36,333 nucleotides of DNA. It comes from a virus (Duplodnaviria > Caudoviricetes). Below the pieces are notes generated by a model that did no database searches, was not told the DNA's origin, and was given only the letters and a program-made list of their open reading frames with translations. Made by a program: the position numbers and the translations under genes. Location: positions 1 through 36,333 of the IMG/VR virus record IMGVR_UViG_3300014168_000010; one strand, 5' to 3'. Positions 1 to 8,474 of the stretch are shown here, in pieces (the first letter of the stretch is position 1; each line of letters starts with the position of its first letter).

Positions 1-627
1 AAGGCTTTGGGGCTCACCATTAATCGCGTCATTTTCATCCACGTATAGATCAGTAATCATGACTCGGTCAACAGCAACCTTATTGTCGTGACCCTCATAG
101 ACCTTAAGACAGCCCGTGCCCATTACAAGGCAATCCCTAAGCATCTGGACGGCCTTATCGTAATACTTGGTCTGATAGAACTCGCCCATGATGAATTGGT
201 TGAGTCTTTGGGCAAGGTGACGTTGCTTGTAATCTCCGCCGTCAGTTAAGAACTTGGGCTCAGGACGATTCTGAGAAAGACGAGAAACAAGAGTGTCTGT
301 GCAAGCTTGAATAAGATTAAAGGTAGGCCGATCATCTGGAAGGGTTTTAGTCCTATCCATCTTGCTGACATTAGAACCAGCATAAGAATAAACAGAAAGT
401 CCGCAATACATCCGAATGTCAACAGCGCGCTGACGAATACGATAAGTTTGGTTGGTTTTTAAATAGGCAGCAGTCCCGCAAAGTTCTTGAGCAAGCTTAA
501 TCTCATCGTCAGCCTTCCACCACTCAGCTAAAATCGAAGCCCCGTCTAACTCAGAGTTAGACTTAGTTTTCATGATCTTTCGCTGAACAGCGTTTTCTTT
601 AGGCTTATATGGCTTGCTGATCTTCAT
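1..627 (-). CDS. Portal protein, N-terminal part (runs off the left edge)
   Basis: Not in the ORF track; translated by hand from ATG 627, which overlaps the stop of 624..878 (ATGA). Open frame MKISKPYKPK...DDRPTFNLIQACTDTLVSRLSQNRPEPKFLT...AVQMLRDCLVMGTGCLKVY resembles podoviral portal N-termini, and the gene lies downstream of terL. Confidence 0.8.
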   Translation of the reverse strand, partial: MKISKPYKPKENAVQRKIMKTKSNSELDGASILAEWWKADDEIKLAQELCGTAAYLKTNQTYRIRQRAVDIRMYCGLSVYSYAGSNVSKMDRTKTLPDDRPTFNLIQACTDTLVSRLSQNRPEPKFLTDGGDYKQRHLAQRLNQFIMGEFYQTKYYDKAVQMLRDCLVMGTGCLKVYEGHDNKVAVDRVMITDLYVDENDAINGEPQSL

Positions 628-878
628 TGTTTACCTACAAGCTCGGGATCATTTTCAGGAACGCCACCCATCGCATAGTGCATCGCTTGGGCTTCAGTCA
701 GCATCCCAGTTGGGAAGTTAGCGTATGGATCTTCTGGAATTTCATCCTCAACAACGGCTTGGCGCTCGACAGGTAAATCACCTAGCTTAAGCTCAATGCC
801 ACCCATCTTAAACTCTTGAACACCTTGCTTACGCAAGAGTTTCAATAGCTTTTGAAGTTCATTCAGATTGTTGATCAC
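624..878 (-). CDS. Hypothetical protein (84 aa)
   Basis: Tightly packed ORF between the 302-aa gene and the portal; its stop overlaps the portal start. Confidence 0.7.
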   Translation of the reverse strand: MINNLNELQKLLKLLRKQGVQEFKMGGIELKLGDLPVERQAVVEDEIPEDPYANFPTGMLTEAQAMHYAMGGVPENDPELVGKQ

Positions 879-883
879 AGGAA

Positions 884-1792
884 TTACTTCCCTTTGCCGT
901 AGCTCTTACCTTCGCCAGGAACGGCCATCTTATCGCGCTTAGCTCTGGACTTAAGAACTCGAGCGATAATGTCAGCGCGGTCATGGTCCTCTGCCGCATC
1001 GCCATCTTCATCGCCTTCATTTGCGCCAGTTGCTTTGAATTCAAGATCATCTCTGAGAGCTAAATCATCGAACTCATTTGGTTTATCTTTAGCCATCTCA
1101 TCAGGAACGCTAGCGGATTCACCTTGGTCTTCATTGGCGACTTTGCCGCCCTGGGAATAACCCTTAGCTCGGCCCATGACGATCTTCATGACCATTGGAT
1201 GAATCATATCCATATCGCCGGCGCCTTCATCTTCAGCGCCCATTTGGTTCATTACAGGATGTTCAACATGAGAATCTGGGGCATCCATGTGTGCAACATG
1301 TTCGGCTAGTTCCTGCTCGAGATGCGCTTCTGGCATCAAGTCGCCATCGATCTCAGGCTTATCTTTGGACTGATAAGAGCCGATGTAACCGCCTTCAGCC
1401 ATCCGATGAAACGCTTCCATTGCCCGTTCACGTTTAGACTTCATTTCTCCACCTTTCGCGAACCCAAGCGCTTTCTTCGCGTTTGATACCGCATCAGAGA
1501 CCGATACATCTCCGCTATTAAATCCCTGAGTAAATTGCTTAACCTTTTCTGGGTCAAGGACCGGACCTGAATCAGCCTTAGTGTCTCCGCCGTCGGCATA
1601 ACAGCCTTCCATACAGTGTTCGGGGCCACCGTGAGCACAATGTTCTACATGACCGCCATGTGCATGATGCTGGGCCTTACGCTTGGTTGCATAAGCAATT
1701 GCCAGCGCCTGCTTCTGTGGCTTTCCTGCACCAATCTCAGCCTTGATGTTGTGTTCGAACGCTTTATCAGATCGACCTTTGACCAATGGCAT
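884..1792 (-). CDS. Acidic, His-rich protein with repeated A-x-G-G motifs; possible internal head protein
   Basis: N-terminus MPLVKGRSDKAFEHNIKAEIGAGKPQKQALAIAY resembles a common small phage module (KQAxAIA, DUF6496-like from recall). Six motif copies: HAHGG, CAHGG, YADGG, FAKGG, MAEGG, YSQGG. Confidence 0.75.
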   Translation of the reverse strand: MPLVKGRSDKAFEHNIKAEIGAGKPQKQALAIAYATKRKAQHHAHGGHVEHCAHGGPEHCMEGCYADGGDTKADSGPVLDPEKVKQFTQGFNSGDVSVSDAVSNAKKALGFAKGGEMKSKRERAMEAFHRMAEGGYIGSYQSKDKPEIDGDLMPEAHLEQELAEHVAHMDAPDSHVEHPVMNQMGAEDEGAGDMDMIHPMVMKIVMGRAKGYSQGGKVANEDQGESASVPDEMAKDKPNEFDDLALRDDLEFKATGANEGDEDGDAAEDHDRADIIARVLKSRAKRDKMAVPGEGKSYGKGK

Positions 1793-1795
1793 GAT

Positions 1796-2161
1796 TTACC
1801 CCAGGGAAACTACGGCCGAAACCGCGTTTAAAACGTTATCTTCTGCAGCGGCTGAGCTAAGCGCTACCGTGAATGTATCTTGAGCCGCAGCACTAATCGG
1901 AACGTAAAACCCATCCGATCCTGCGGTGCTTGTGAAGATCGTGGTTCCATTTTGTTTAATCGTTGCGACCACAGCCGAAGGATAACTGAGATAGTTCGGA
2001 TCAGTAGGATCGGTTTGCGACAATCTTGGAAGCTTAATCTTGCCTTTCAAAACACAGTTAATAGCCAAAGGCATGACGATCGTCAGAGTCTCAAGGCCTG
2101 AGATGGCAAAGTTCTGACTGTAAACATTCGCACCATTCACTGGATAAGTTGGAATGCTCAT
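1796..2161 (-). CDS. Beta-rich putative virion protein; paralog of 2158..2925
   Basis: ATGA overlap with the upstream gene; aligns by eye with both ends of the 255-aa neighbour. Confidence 0.75.
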   Translation of the reverse strand: MSIPTYPVNGANVYSQNFAISGLETLTIVMPLAINCVLKGKIKLPRLSQTDPTDPNYLSYPSAVVATIKQNGTTIFTSTAGSDGFYVPISAAAQDTFTVALSSAAAEDNVLNAVSAVVSLG

Positions 2162-2925
2162 TGTTCACCCACCTCAATGCTTACGTTAGCTTTGATTACG
2201 TTCAGCGCATTATCTGCTGCGAGCGAACTCGAAAATACGATCGTAATTGAGTCGTTAGCGTTACAAAGAAGATTTGTATAAAACTGTGCGGTCTCCATTC
2301 GGCCTGCAATCGTCGGCATCGTGTAAACAGGAGTTCCATTTTGATTCACAACGATAGATAACGTCGATAGTATTCCAGCAAACGATGTTGGAGTGTTTGT
2401 GTAGGCGGGGGGCTGATTATACCCTGAGTTTGATGCTCCGAATCCTTGGCCAGTCGATCCATCTCCGAGACCACCGCCGCCTTGAGAAAACTCCGCAAGA
2501 GTTCCTCCACCAGCGCCTGCTCCGTAACCACTTCCGTTTCCCGACGCGTTATCATTAACGGCACCCGATGCTCCACCTCCAGAACCACCACCATCAAAAC
2601 CACCAAACGCACCACTCGGAACAGTGTCGCTGAATCCTAATCCAAGCGCACCATTACCCAATCCTTGTTGAGCGCCAGTCGTTTGATAACTCGGCAGATA
2701 AGCAGGAGATGTTCCAGTCACGCCAAAGCCTAGATCAGCACCTGAACCAGCTCCAGCCCCTTCTGATGTTTGGTGAGGAAAGCTCACTTGGCAGCGAACC
2801 TGAAACGGAATGTTGGATGTAGCAATTCCATTCGGTGGAATCGTTGCCGGAACAGTATAAGTCAAAGTCCCAAGCCCTGTTTGAACGTAGTTAGTCGCTA
2901 ATTGTAGCGTTCCATTTGTAGCCAT
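2158..2925 (-). CDS. Beta-rich putative virion protein with a large Gly-rich insertion
   Basis: Long ORF, TAATG coupling to the upstream gene, central G/S/A-rich tract. Confidence 0.75.
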   Translation of the reverse strand: MATNGTLQLATNYVQTGLGTLTYTVPATIPPNGIATSNIPFQVRCQVSFPHQTSEGAGAGSGADLGFGVTGTSPAYLPSYQTTGAQQGLGNGALGLGFSDTVPSGAFGGFDGGGSGGGASGAVNDNASGNGSGYGAGAGGGTLAEFSQGGGGLGDGSTGQGFGASNSGYNQPPAYTNTPTSFAGILSTLSIVVNQNGTPVYTMPTIAGRMETAQFYTNLLCNANDSITIVFSSSLAADNALNVIKANVSIEVGEQ

Positions 2926-3170
2926 TAAATATGCTCACCTTCTTCATGTGGTTCAGAATCCATGAGTTCGAATGCAGACCTAAAGATAGATGCCGCACCA
3001 CTGTAATCTTTTGCATTTAAAGCAGAGTGAAGCTCCTGCATTGCACCTTCGAGAGAATCAACGACATCATCGTCTTTCTCATCTTCTTCATCGGGCTTCC
3101 GCTCGACTTTATCCAGCTCTGGCTTCAAAGCCATGCCGCCTTCTTTTTTATCTTTTAGGAATGGAAGCAT
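2925..3170 (-). CDS. Acidic hypothetical protein (81 aa)
   Basis: AGGTGA RBS upstream; preceded by a copy of the conserved intergenic motif. Confidence 0.75.
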   Translation of the reverse strand: MLPFLKDKKEGGMALKPELDKVERKPDEEDEKDDDVVDSLEGAMQELHSALNAKDYSGAASIFRSAFELMDSEPHEEGEHI

Positions 3171-3192
3171 TGATCACCTGCAATCTACAGGC

Positions 3193-3206
3193 GTCTGGAA
3201 TGGGGC
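3193..3206 (-). promoter_or_regulatory. Putative late promoter motif, copy 1 (GCCCCATTCCAGAC)
   Basis: Matches GCMCCR-N5-GACR, seen in five intergenic gaps on the same strand. Confidence 0.6.
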
Positions 3207-3213
3207 ATTTGAA

Positions 3214-3287
3214 TGGCTGGCGAGGTAGTAATCGAAACTACTTCTTCCGGTTAACAGCCGGACGCAGGACCTTCCTGCTACTCGCCA
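3214..3287 (-). tRNA. trnN: tRNA-Asn(GTT)
   Basis: Folded by hand: acceptor TGGCGAG/CTCGCCA, D arm GCAG-GAAGGTC-CTGC, anticodon arm TCCGG-CT GTT AA-CCGGA, T arm GTAGT-TTCGATT-ACTAC, discriminator G, encoded CCA; 74 nt. Confidence 0.9.
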
Positions 3288-3290
3288 ACT

Positions 3291-3500
3291 TTACTGCTTA
3301 AACTTTCTTTGCATCTTAGCCCAGAATGCCTTGGTCTGAATCGTGGGCTTACCATTCTTTAATACCCAACCCAAGTCAGGATCCCAAACATTTACTGAAT
3401 CTAAGTCATAAGGCTTAGGTGCTTCGGCCTCATGATCGGTAGAGACTCTCAAGGACAGATTCTTACGTCTAGCTAAAATCCCTTTAGTTCCCATTACCAA
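3291..3500 (-). CDS. Hypothetical protein (start probably ATG 3494)
   Basis: Coupled to the terL stop (TAATG) and fills the gap before the tRNA. Confidence 0.6.
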   Translation of the reverse strand: MVMGTKGILARRKNLSLRVSTDHEAEAPKPYDLDSVNVWDPDLGWVLKNGKPTIQTKAFWAKMQRKFKQ

Positions 3501-4951
3501 CCTATGGGTTCATCCTGAAATCCAGGCATCTCAGGCCAACCGCCTTGTTCCTGCTCTTGTTGCTTCTTAAAGTGTTCAATCGCCTGATCAAAATGATTCT
3601 CGTTCACTTTCTTATACCAACCCGGAGATCCTACAGCGTGCTTGATCACAATAGGATCGCTGATCGTTGGCCTGCTCATCAAAGCATAGCGCGTTTCATC
3701 ATATGCGTCATCTCCTGATAATGGATCACCTTCCGTGGCATCAACCTTAAGAACATCCTCAACATGATCAGGATCATGAATCATCCGAGACAGCGTATCG
3801 AACGTGATCGGACACGTATCGAAGATGAAGAACCTAGGCTTACCCGAAGCCTTACCTCTCCAAGCTAAGTAATCCCTAAGCTGAGCTGCGCCTTGAATCC
3901 GGTCTATGACCGCTGGGACAAGATTAATGCCATGCGTTCTAAATTGCTCTGCCACTGTTGGAGGTTGTTTGTCATCTCTGAGTGTGCTCTTTTGAGTCCA
4001 ACAATCTCTGCCAGCAACAATCGGATAGAGCTGTGCTGTGTCGCTGAAAGCGTTAAGTTTTTGCGCGAAGACATCAACTCGCACTCCTGCTTCGATAAGT
4101 TCTCGATACTTGTAAGTGTTTCCATCTTCATCCGTTGCGTACCATCCAAAAGCTGCTGGATGATTGAATCCATAGTCATAGGCTCCGAAACGGTTCCAGT
4201 GGTTTGGGATGGGGAAGGATCTGATGAAATGGACTTCTTTCGTGATCTCTTGGAAGAATTGCCCTGCGAAGATGTTCCAGTCTCCATATCTATATGCCTT
4301 TCTAAGTGCTTCGTTTGGTTCAGATTCTAAGCGGGTGACATAAGCCGGATCAGCCGCCATAAGCGCTGTGTTATCGTCCACCAGAGCTTGAATAAATGTA
4401 TAATCGTTGGGGTTTTCTCTCTCATTGAAGCGTCTTTCAATGAATAACCGCTTGAGCCATCCGTGGCCCACACCACCCGGATTGCCTGTAAGGATTGCCC
4501 TGGCCAAAATGCCGGTTCGGGATGACCGATTGGAACCAAGCAATCGTCTAAACATAGCTTCTGGCCATTGACCAGCCTCATCAATTGCCAAGTCATGAAA
4601 CTCTCGGCCTTGATAAAGATCAACGTCCGTTTCATTATTACAATGACAGAACTGAAGAGTTGAACCATTTGGAAGTGTTAACAGCTTTTTCGCTTCATTC
4701 CAATATTCTCTGAGGGCTGGGAAAGCCTGAAAGAGTGGTCGAATGTGATTTCCCTCGAGCTCAGGATAAGTGCGCCTAAATATGGCCCCAGTACTTCCAG
4801 CGTAGCGGAAGCGCCGCAGGAGCATGATAAGCTGCAAACCTTTCGATTTTCCTCCACCTTTGGCTCCACCGTAAAAAGTAATGGGCGTTTCTTCGATCGC
4901 TTTAAGGAACGCCTTTTGTTTCGGCTGGAGCGCGATTCGGAACTCAATCAT
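3494..4951 (-). CDS. terL: Terminase large subunit
   Basis: Adenine-binding LQPKQ, Walker A YGGAKGGGKS, Walker B LAIDEA, motif III LTGNPGG, RNase H-like nuclease AYDYGFNHP and DDAYDETRY. Confidence 0.96.
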   Translation of the reverse strand: MIEFRIALQPKQKAFLKAIEETPITFYGGAKGGGKSKGLQLIMLLRRFRYAGSTGAIFRRTYPELEGNHIRPLFQAFPALREYWNEAKKLLTLPNGSTLQFCHCNNETDVDLYQGREFHDLAIDEAGQWPEAMFRRLLGSNRSSRTGILARAILTGNPGGVGHGWLKRLFIERRFNERENPNDYTFIQALVDDNTALMAADPAYVTRLESEPNEALRKAYRYGDWNIFAGQFFQEITKEVHFIRSFPIPNHWNRFGAYDYGFNHPAAFGWYATDEDGNTYKYRELIEAGVRVDVFAQKLNAFSDTAQLYPIVAGRDCWTQKSTLRDDKQPPTVAEQFRTHGINLVPAVIDRIQGAAQLRDYLAWRGKASGKPRFFIFDTCPITFDTLSRMIHDPDHVEDVLKVDATEGDPLSGDDAYDETRYALMSRPTISDPIVIKHAVGSPGWYKKVNENHFDQAIEHFKKQQEQEQGGWPEMPGFQDEPIGW

Positions 4952-5233
4952 TCACCCTTCTTCTTTCTTTAAGAAGTCTTCCACAACAATCTTAATGCCC
5001 ATCTCAGCATTCACTTCAACATTCTTCTGCTTGGCATAAATGTATTCCATGAACTTCAGCCACATCTCTGCTCGCTGCATTGCCGGCAGCTGCATCATAT
5101 CGTTGAAGAAAAGCTTAATCACATCAACAGGATCTCCATTCTCTGTTTGAATCTGGTCTAAAGACTCAAAGATCGTATGGCGTTTATTCTTAGAGCCTTT
5201 CGGCCTTCCTGGATTACCTTTTTCGAATGGCAT
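4952..5233 (-). CDS. terS: Terminase small subunit (putative)
   Basis: Abuts terL; N-terminal FEKGNPGRPKGSKNK motif typical of TerS-like proteins; C-terminal beta tail GIKIVVED. Confidence 0.75.
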   Translation of the reverse strand: MPFEKGNPGRPKGSKNKRHTIFESLDQIQTENGDPVDVIKLFFNDMMQLPAMQRAEMWLKFMEYIYAKQKNVEVNAEMGIKIVVEDFLKKEEG

Positions 5234-5261
5234 ACCGTGTATTTTTTACCGTGTATTTTTT
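5234..5261. repeat. Perfect tandem repeat, 2 x 14 bp ACCGTGTATTTTTT, directly upstream of terS
   Basis: Copies at 5234-5247 and 5248-5261. Confidence 0.9.
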
Positions 5262-5284
5262 ACGTAGTTTACGTTCACATCTGC

Positions 5285-5298
5285 GTCAAAACTGGGGC
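5285..5298 (-). promoter_or_regulatory. Putative late promoter motif, copy 2 (GCCCCAGTTTTGAC)
   Basis: Same consensus and spacing; upstream of terS. Confidence 0.6.
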
Positions 5299-5627
5299 TA
5301 AAATTTACGAGGAGAACTACGCCCTTTTTCCTCTTTCCCTGATAACGCAATGCTTATGGCCTCTTGTCTTGCTGCTAATGCTGCTGCAACAGCTGGGGTT
5401 TGGGCGATTTGAGAAACGCTTGGCTCTTGTGCCATCTCATCCAAGATCCGTTGTGTGCTTGGGCTCTGTGCATTCCTTGGCGGTCTTGGTTGCCATTGCG
5501 GTTGCGTAATCGTGGGTTGATGGGCGAGAGTCTCAATCTCTTTAATGCGGCCTGTTATCGCCTCTTTAGTTGCCTTGGGAAGCTTATGGTTGAGTAATAG
5601 GTCTAACAAGAATGAGAGTTCGGTCAT
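5298..5627 (-). CDS. Hypothetical protein (109 aa)
   Basis: ATG overlapping the upstream stop; part of a packed leftward operon. Confidence 0.7.
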   Translation of the reverse strand: MTELSFLLDLLLNHKLPKATKEAITGRIKEIETLAHQPTITQPQWQPRPPRNAQSPSTQRILDEMAQEPSVSQIAQTPAVAAALAARQEAISIALSGKEEKGRSSPRKF

Positions 5628-6253
5628 TTGCGTTTAAACCAGTTCTTTAGTTCTAGAAAGTGTCCATGGGTCCAAAAGGTCTTATCGCTTGGCTTCGGAG
5701 GGGGCGGTGCAGTTACCACCATGGGCTGTGTCTCATATGCTTTTGGCTTTGAAACTCTTTTAAGTTCCTCTTCACTAAGAACAGCAGGTGGACTGCATAA
5801 GTATGTATGGACCGCAGCTTCTTTGCGCTCCTCGCCCGTCGCAGACTTTTCGCTTTGGCCAATCGAGTTCTTGGGTCTGCGTCTAATGGCCTCAACATGT
5901 GATACTTCCTCAATAGTTACAGGACGTTCACCTACATCGATATTGCCGTCTTTGTCTCTAATCTGACAATCAACTAGGGGCCTAAAGAAGTGTTCCTCAT
6001 CCTTCTCTTTTGGTCTGGCTAGAATGGCCTGCGTTGATGGGGCCTGTGCCGTTGGGTCAATCCCATGGCGTTGTTTCCTAATCTCAGCAAGCTTTCTGTT
6101 TTCCTCTCGCTGGGCTTCGCTATACGCCAGCATTTTAGCCATGTAATGCGCATAGCCTGCGGACTCTGCGTCACGAGCGGCCAAGACCTTGGCATTCATG
6201 GTGCCAATCTTTTCGGCGTAATCAGGAATGATTTGAACTAGGTCTTTAGCCAT
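5624..6253 (-). CDS. Hypothetical protein (209 aa)
   Basis: Long ORF with TAATG coupling. Confidence 0.75.
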   Translation of the reverse strand: MAKDLVQIIPDYAEKIGTMNAKVLAARDAESAGYAHYMAKMLAYSEAQREENRKLAEIRKQRHGIDPTAQAPSTQAILARPKEKDEEHFFRPLVDCQIRDKDGNIDVGERPVTIEEVSHVEAIRRRPKNSIGQSEKSATGEERKEAAVHTYLCSPPAVLSEEELKRVSKPKAYETQPMVVTAPPPPKPSDKTFWTHGHFLELKNWFKRK

Positions 6254-6549
6254 TAGTTATGAATCTTACCCGGACCATTGGCGAACACGCGGTCTTGTGG
6301 AGTTGATACCTGGGCCTTGACAGCGCCCCTTGGCGCCGCCACCGACACTGTCTTTTCTTCAGTCCATGGTTCATAAGCAGCAACGTTAGTGCTCGGAATG
6401 TATTGGGTTTTTCCTTTGTAGCTCACTTTAAGCTCTTTTTCAGCGCGGTTATATTCCAGTTCAAGTCCTTCACGATTAAATAACTTCTCTCCGTGATTCT
6501 TGCCGCCTAAGAACAGTGGGTGGTGTAGTTGCGCATAACTGACTTTCAT
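6253..6549 (-). CDS. Hypothetical protein (98 aa)
   Basis: AAGGA RBS; packed operon. Confidence 0.75.
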   Translation of the reverse strand: MKVSYAQLHHPLFLGGKNHGEKLFNREGLELEYNRAEKELKVSYKGKTQYIPSTNVAAYEPWTEEKTVSVAAPRGAVKAQVSTPQDRVFANGPGKIHN

Positions 6550-6559
6550 ATAGATCCTT

Positions 6560-7024
6560 TCAAAAGAACGGGTTGAATTTACAATCTTTATATTTCTTAT
6601 TCCAGATGGTCATCCCGGTATTAGTTAGGTGCGTGATGTATTTGAACGGGAACTGAACTAAGGCGTTGCCGATACCGATCTTGCGGTTGTCCTTGTGCAC
6701 CCAGACAAAGTGAAGCGCTTCGGGCTCACTGACTGAGAATCCTAAGCACACATCCTGATCGTCCGATAAGACCGCAAGCCTTACGATGCATTGGGGCTTC
6801 GATAGTACATTTTTGATATATTGTTGATATGCGGCGAAATAACTATTGCTATCGATAAGTCTGAAGAAGTCGTTGCCAAAGCGTAATGTTCTTAGCCACT
6901 TAGCTAACACCATGTTTCGATAGTTTTCTGGGAGTGCTGATCCGAGATGAGGAACAACTAAGTAGCTGGCTTTTTCTTCCAGCGGTATCTCAGCTGCTCT
7001 GGTGTCCAATTCTTGATCCCCCAC
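6560..7024 (-). CDS. GNAT-family N-acetyltransferase
   Basis: Acetyl-CoA-binding motif A LHFVWVHKDNRKIGIGNALV (R-x-x-G-x-G). Confidence 0.75.
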   Translation of the reverse strand: MGDQELDTRAAEIPLEEKASYLVVPHLGSALPENYRNMVLAKWLRTLRFGNDFFRLIDSNSYFAAYQQYIKNVLSKPQCIVRLAVLSDDQDVCLGFSVSEPEALHFVWVHKDNRKIGIGNALVQFPFKYITHLTNTGMTIWNKKYKDCKFNPFF

Positions 7025-7398
7025 CTATCCTCATATTTCCTGATAATCAGGCGAACCGTCCTTCGGTATCGCTTCATGCCTAACTTCTCGAGCGCTACAC
7101 AGATTTCAACAATCTTAGCGCCCTCAGCTTTTAAAACCATTACTACGCGATCGACAGAACAATCAAAACAAGCAGCGTGTAGACACCCATTAAGTTCTCG
7201 GAAGTATTGCTCTTTAGCTTCCCGTCTCACTGGATCCATCTGCCGGTAAACATTGGGTGAGTTTTGCTTAAGAACTCTTTTCTTTCCGATAGACTTTTCT
7301 ATGTCAGCAAGTCCCGCCTCTTTAAGTATTTCTTCCCACTCATCGGACAGTTCTTTGAACTCATCCGTTTGATAGTACTTCTTTTGCATCAGTGGCAC
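6958..7398 (-). CDS. Putative transcriptional regulator with a C-terminal sigma-region-4-like HTH
   Basis: DRVVMVLKAEGAKIVEICVALEKLGMKRYRRTVRLII resembles the DRxIxxLxxxGxSxxEIAxxL...xxTV pattern. Function is inferred. Confidence 0.5.
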   Translation of the reverse strand: MPLMQKKYYQTDEFKELSDEWEEILKEAGLADIEKSIGKKRVLKQNSPNVYRQMDPVRREAKEQYFRELNGCLHAACFDCSVDRVVMVLKAEGAKIVEICVALEKLGMKRYRRTVRLIIRKYEDRWGIKNWTPEQLRYRWKKKPAT

Positions 7399-7795
7399 CC
7401 TGGGTAGGTAGGGCCGTCACTTCGGCAAGTTTGGTTTTTTCGGCTTCCTCAGCGGCAAGTCTAGCTTTCGCCGCATCCCGAATCTCATGCCGAATAGAAT
7501 CTGCTACTTGGTTGATAGCAAATTTACGCACGCACTTAATGAAATAAAGATCAGTTTCGAAATCAACGGTGGGACCAAGATGCAATAGCTGGTCAGCAAG
7601 AGCGAACTTAATGCTTTCAGGAGTCGCACCAGGAATGCATGCGCCCGAGATAATGCGGTCACTCCAAGTCTCAAACTCTTTTTTGCCCAGCGGTAGCGGT
7701 CGTTTCTCATTAAGTTGGTCTTTGATAACTACAGCCGGGGTGTGGATGGTGTTTCGGCCAGTCAATCGTGCCAGCCAATGCCAAATGATTTTCAT
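7361..7795 (-). CDS. Hypothetical protein (144 aa)
   Basis: ATGA overlap with the upstream gene. Confidence 0.7.
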   Translation of the reverse strand: MKIIWHWLARLTGRNTIHTPAVVIKDQLNEKRPLPLGKKEFETWSDRIISGACIPGATPESIKFALADQLLHLGPTVDFETDLYFIKCVRKFAINQVADSIRHEIRDAAKARLAAEEAEKTKLAEVTALPTQGATDAKEVLSNG

Positions 7796-8049
7796 GCGGT
7801 GGTCGGTCCTTCTTCGGTGATATCAAGCTTAGGTGCCGCCGGTTCGGCGGGAAGCTTAGAGGCCTCTTGCCTTAAAGCAAGCATCGCCTTGAGATGGTCG
7901 TCTTGGCTCTTTAAAAAGCGCTCAACATGCTCATTGGCTTCGGCAACCATACAGGCATCATGGCCATACATAACAGCATGTTGATTATATTCTTGGTTAA
8001 TTTGTTCTTTGGTGCGCGGTTTTGGCGCGAATCCAAGCGTCTTGCTCAT
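7792..8049 (-). CDS. Hypothetical coiled-coil protein (85 aa)
   Basis: AAGGGGGA RBS; first gene of the leftward middle operon. Confidence 0.7.
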   Translation of the reverse strand: MSKTLGFAPKPRTKEQINQEYNQHAVMYGHDACMVAEANEHVERFLKSQDDHLKAMLALRQEASKLPAEPAAPKLDITEEGPTTA

Positions 8050-8136
8050 CTGATCCCCCTTAAGCTGCTTGCTTTTTTGTAGATGCTACGTAAACTTTTG
8101 AGAGTTGCAACAATATTCCTTAAGGAGGATGAATTT

Positions 8137-8298
8137 ATGGCATGGTTGCTAGCAAATTGGGTGCATTTGATTGTGGCGGTTTTGGCAGTAGCAGAAATCG
8201 CTTCTATGTTTCTTCCAGGCGCAAGCGGAACTCTTGCGGGCGTGATCGGCGCTCTTGCATCGCTTCCGGGCGTTAAAGACCCACAAATCGGTAAATAA
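8137..8298 (+). CDS. Holin-like small membrane protein (53 aa; start revised to ATG 8137)
   Basis: AAGGAGG RBS; hydrophobic MAWLLANWVHLIVAVLAVAEIASMFL...; first gene of the lysis cassette. Confidence 0.6.
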   Translation: MAWLLANWVHLIVAVLAVAEIASMFLPGASGTLAGVIGALASLPGVKDPQIGK

Positions 8299-8474
8299 TG
8301 AGTCTCTCGGCCATTATCACGTTAATCACGGGTGTGCTTCAGTTTCCGCAGGCTGTGACTCAATTAATTCAAACATTGAGACAGACCCCTGAGGAGCAAC
8401 AAGCCGCTTTGATTGCGACAATGATGGCCGAGGCTCAAAACTTCCAAAAGACCGGGCGACCGACTTGGAACTAA
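8298..8474 (+). CDS. Small membrane-anchored protein, i-spanin candidate (58 aa; not in ORF track)
   Basis: TAATG coupling; MSLSAIITLITGVLQFPQAVTQLIQTLRQTPEEQQAALIATMMAEAQNFQKTGRPTWN; overlaps the lipoprotein gene. Confidence 0.55.
   Translation: MSLSAIITLITGVLQFPQAVTQLIQTLRQTPEEQQAALIATMMAEAQNFQKTGRPTWN

Noticed and set aside
3214-3287. tRNA as a prophage attachment site
   Set aside because: It is flanked by phage genes on both sides, with no integrase and no duplicated 3' end seen in the window.
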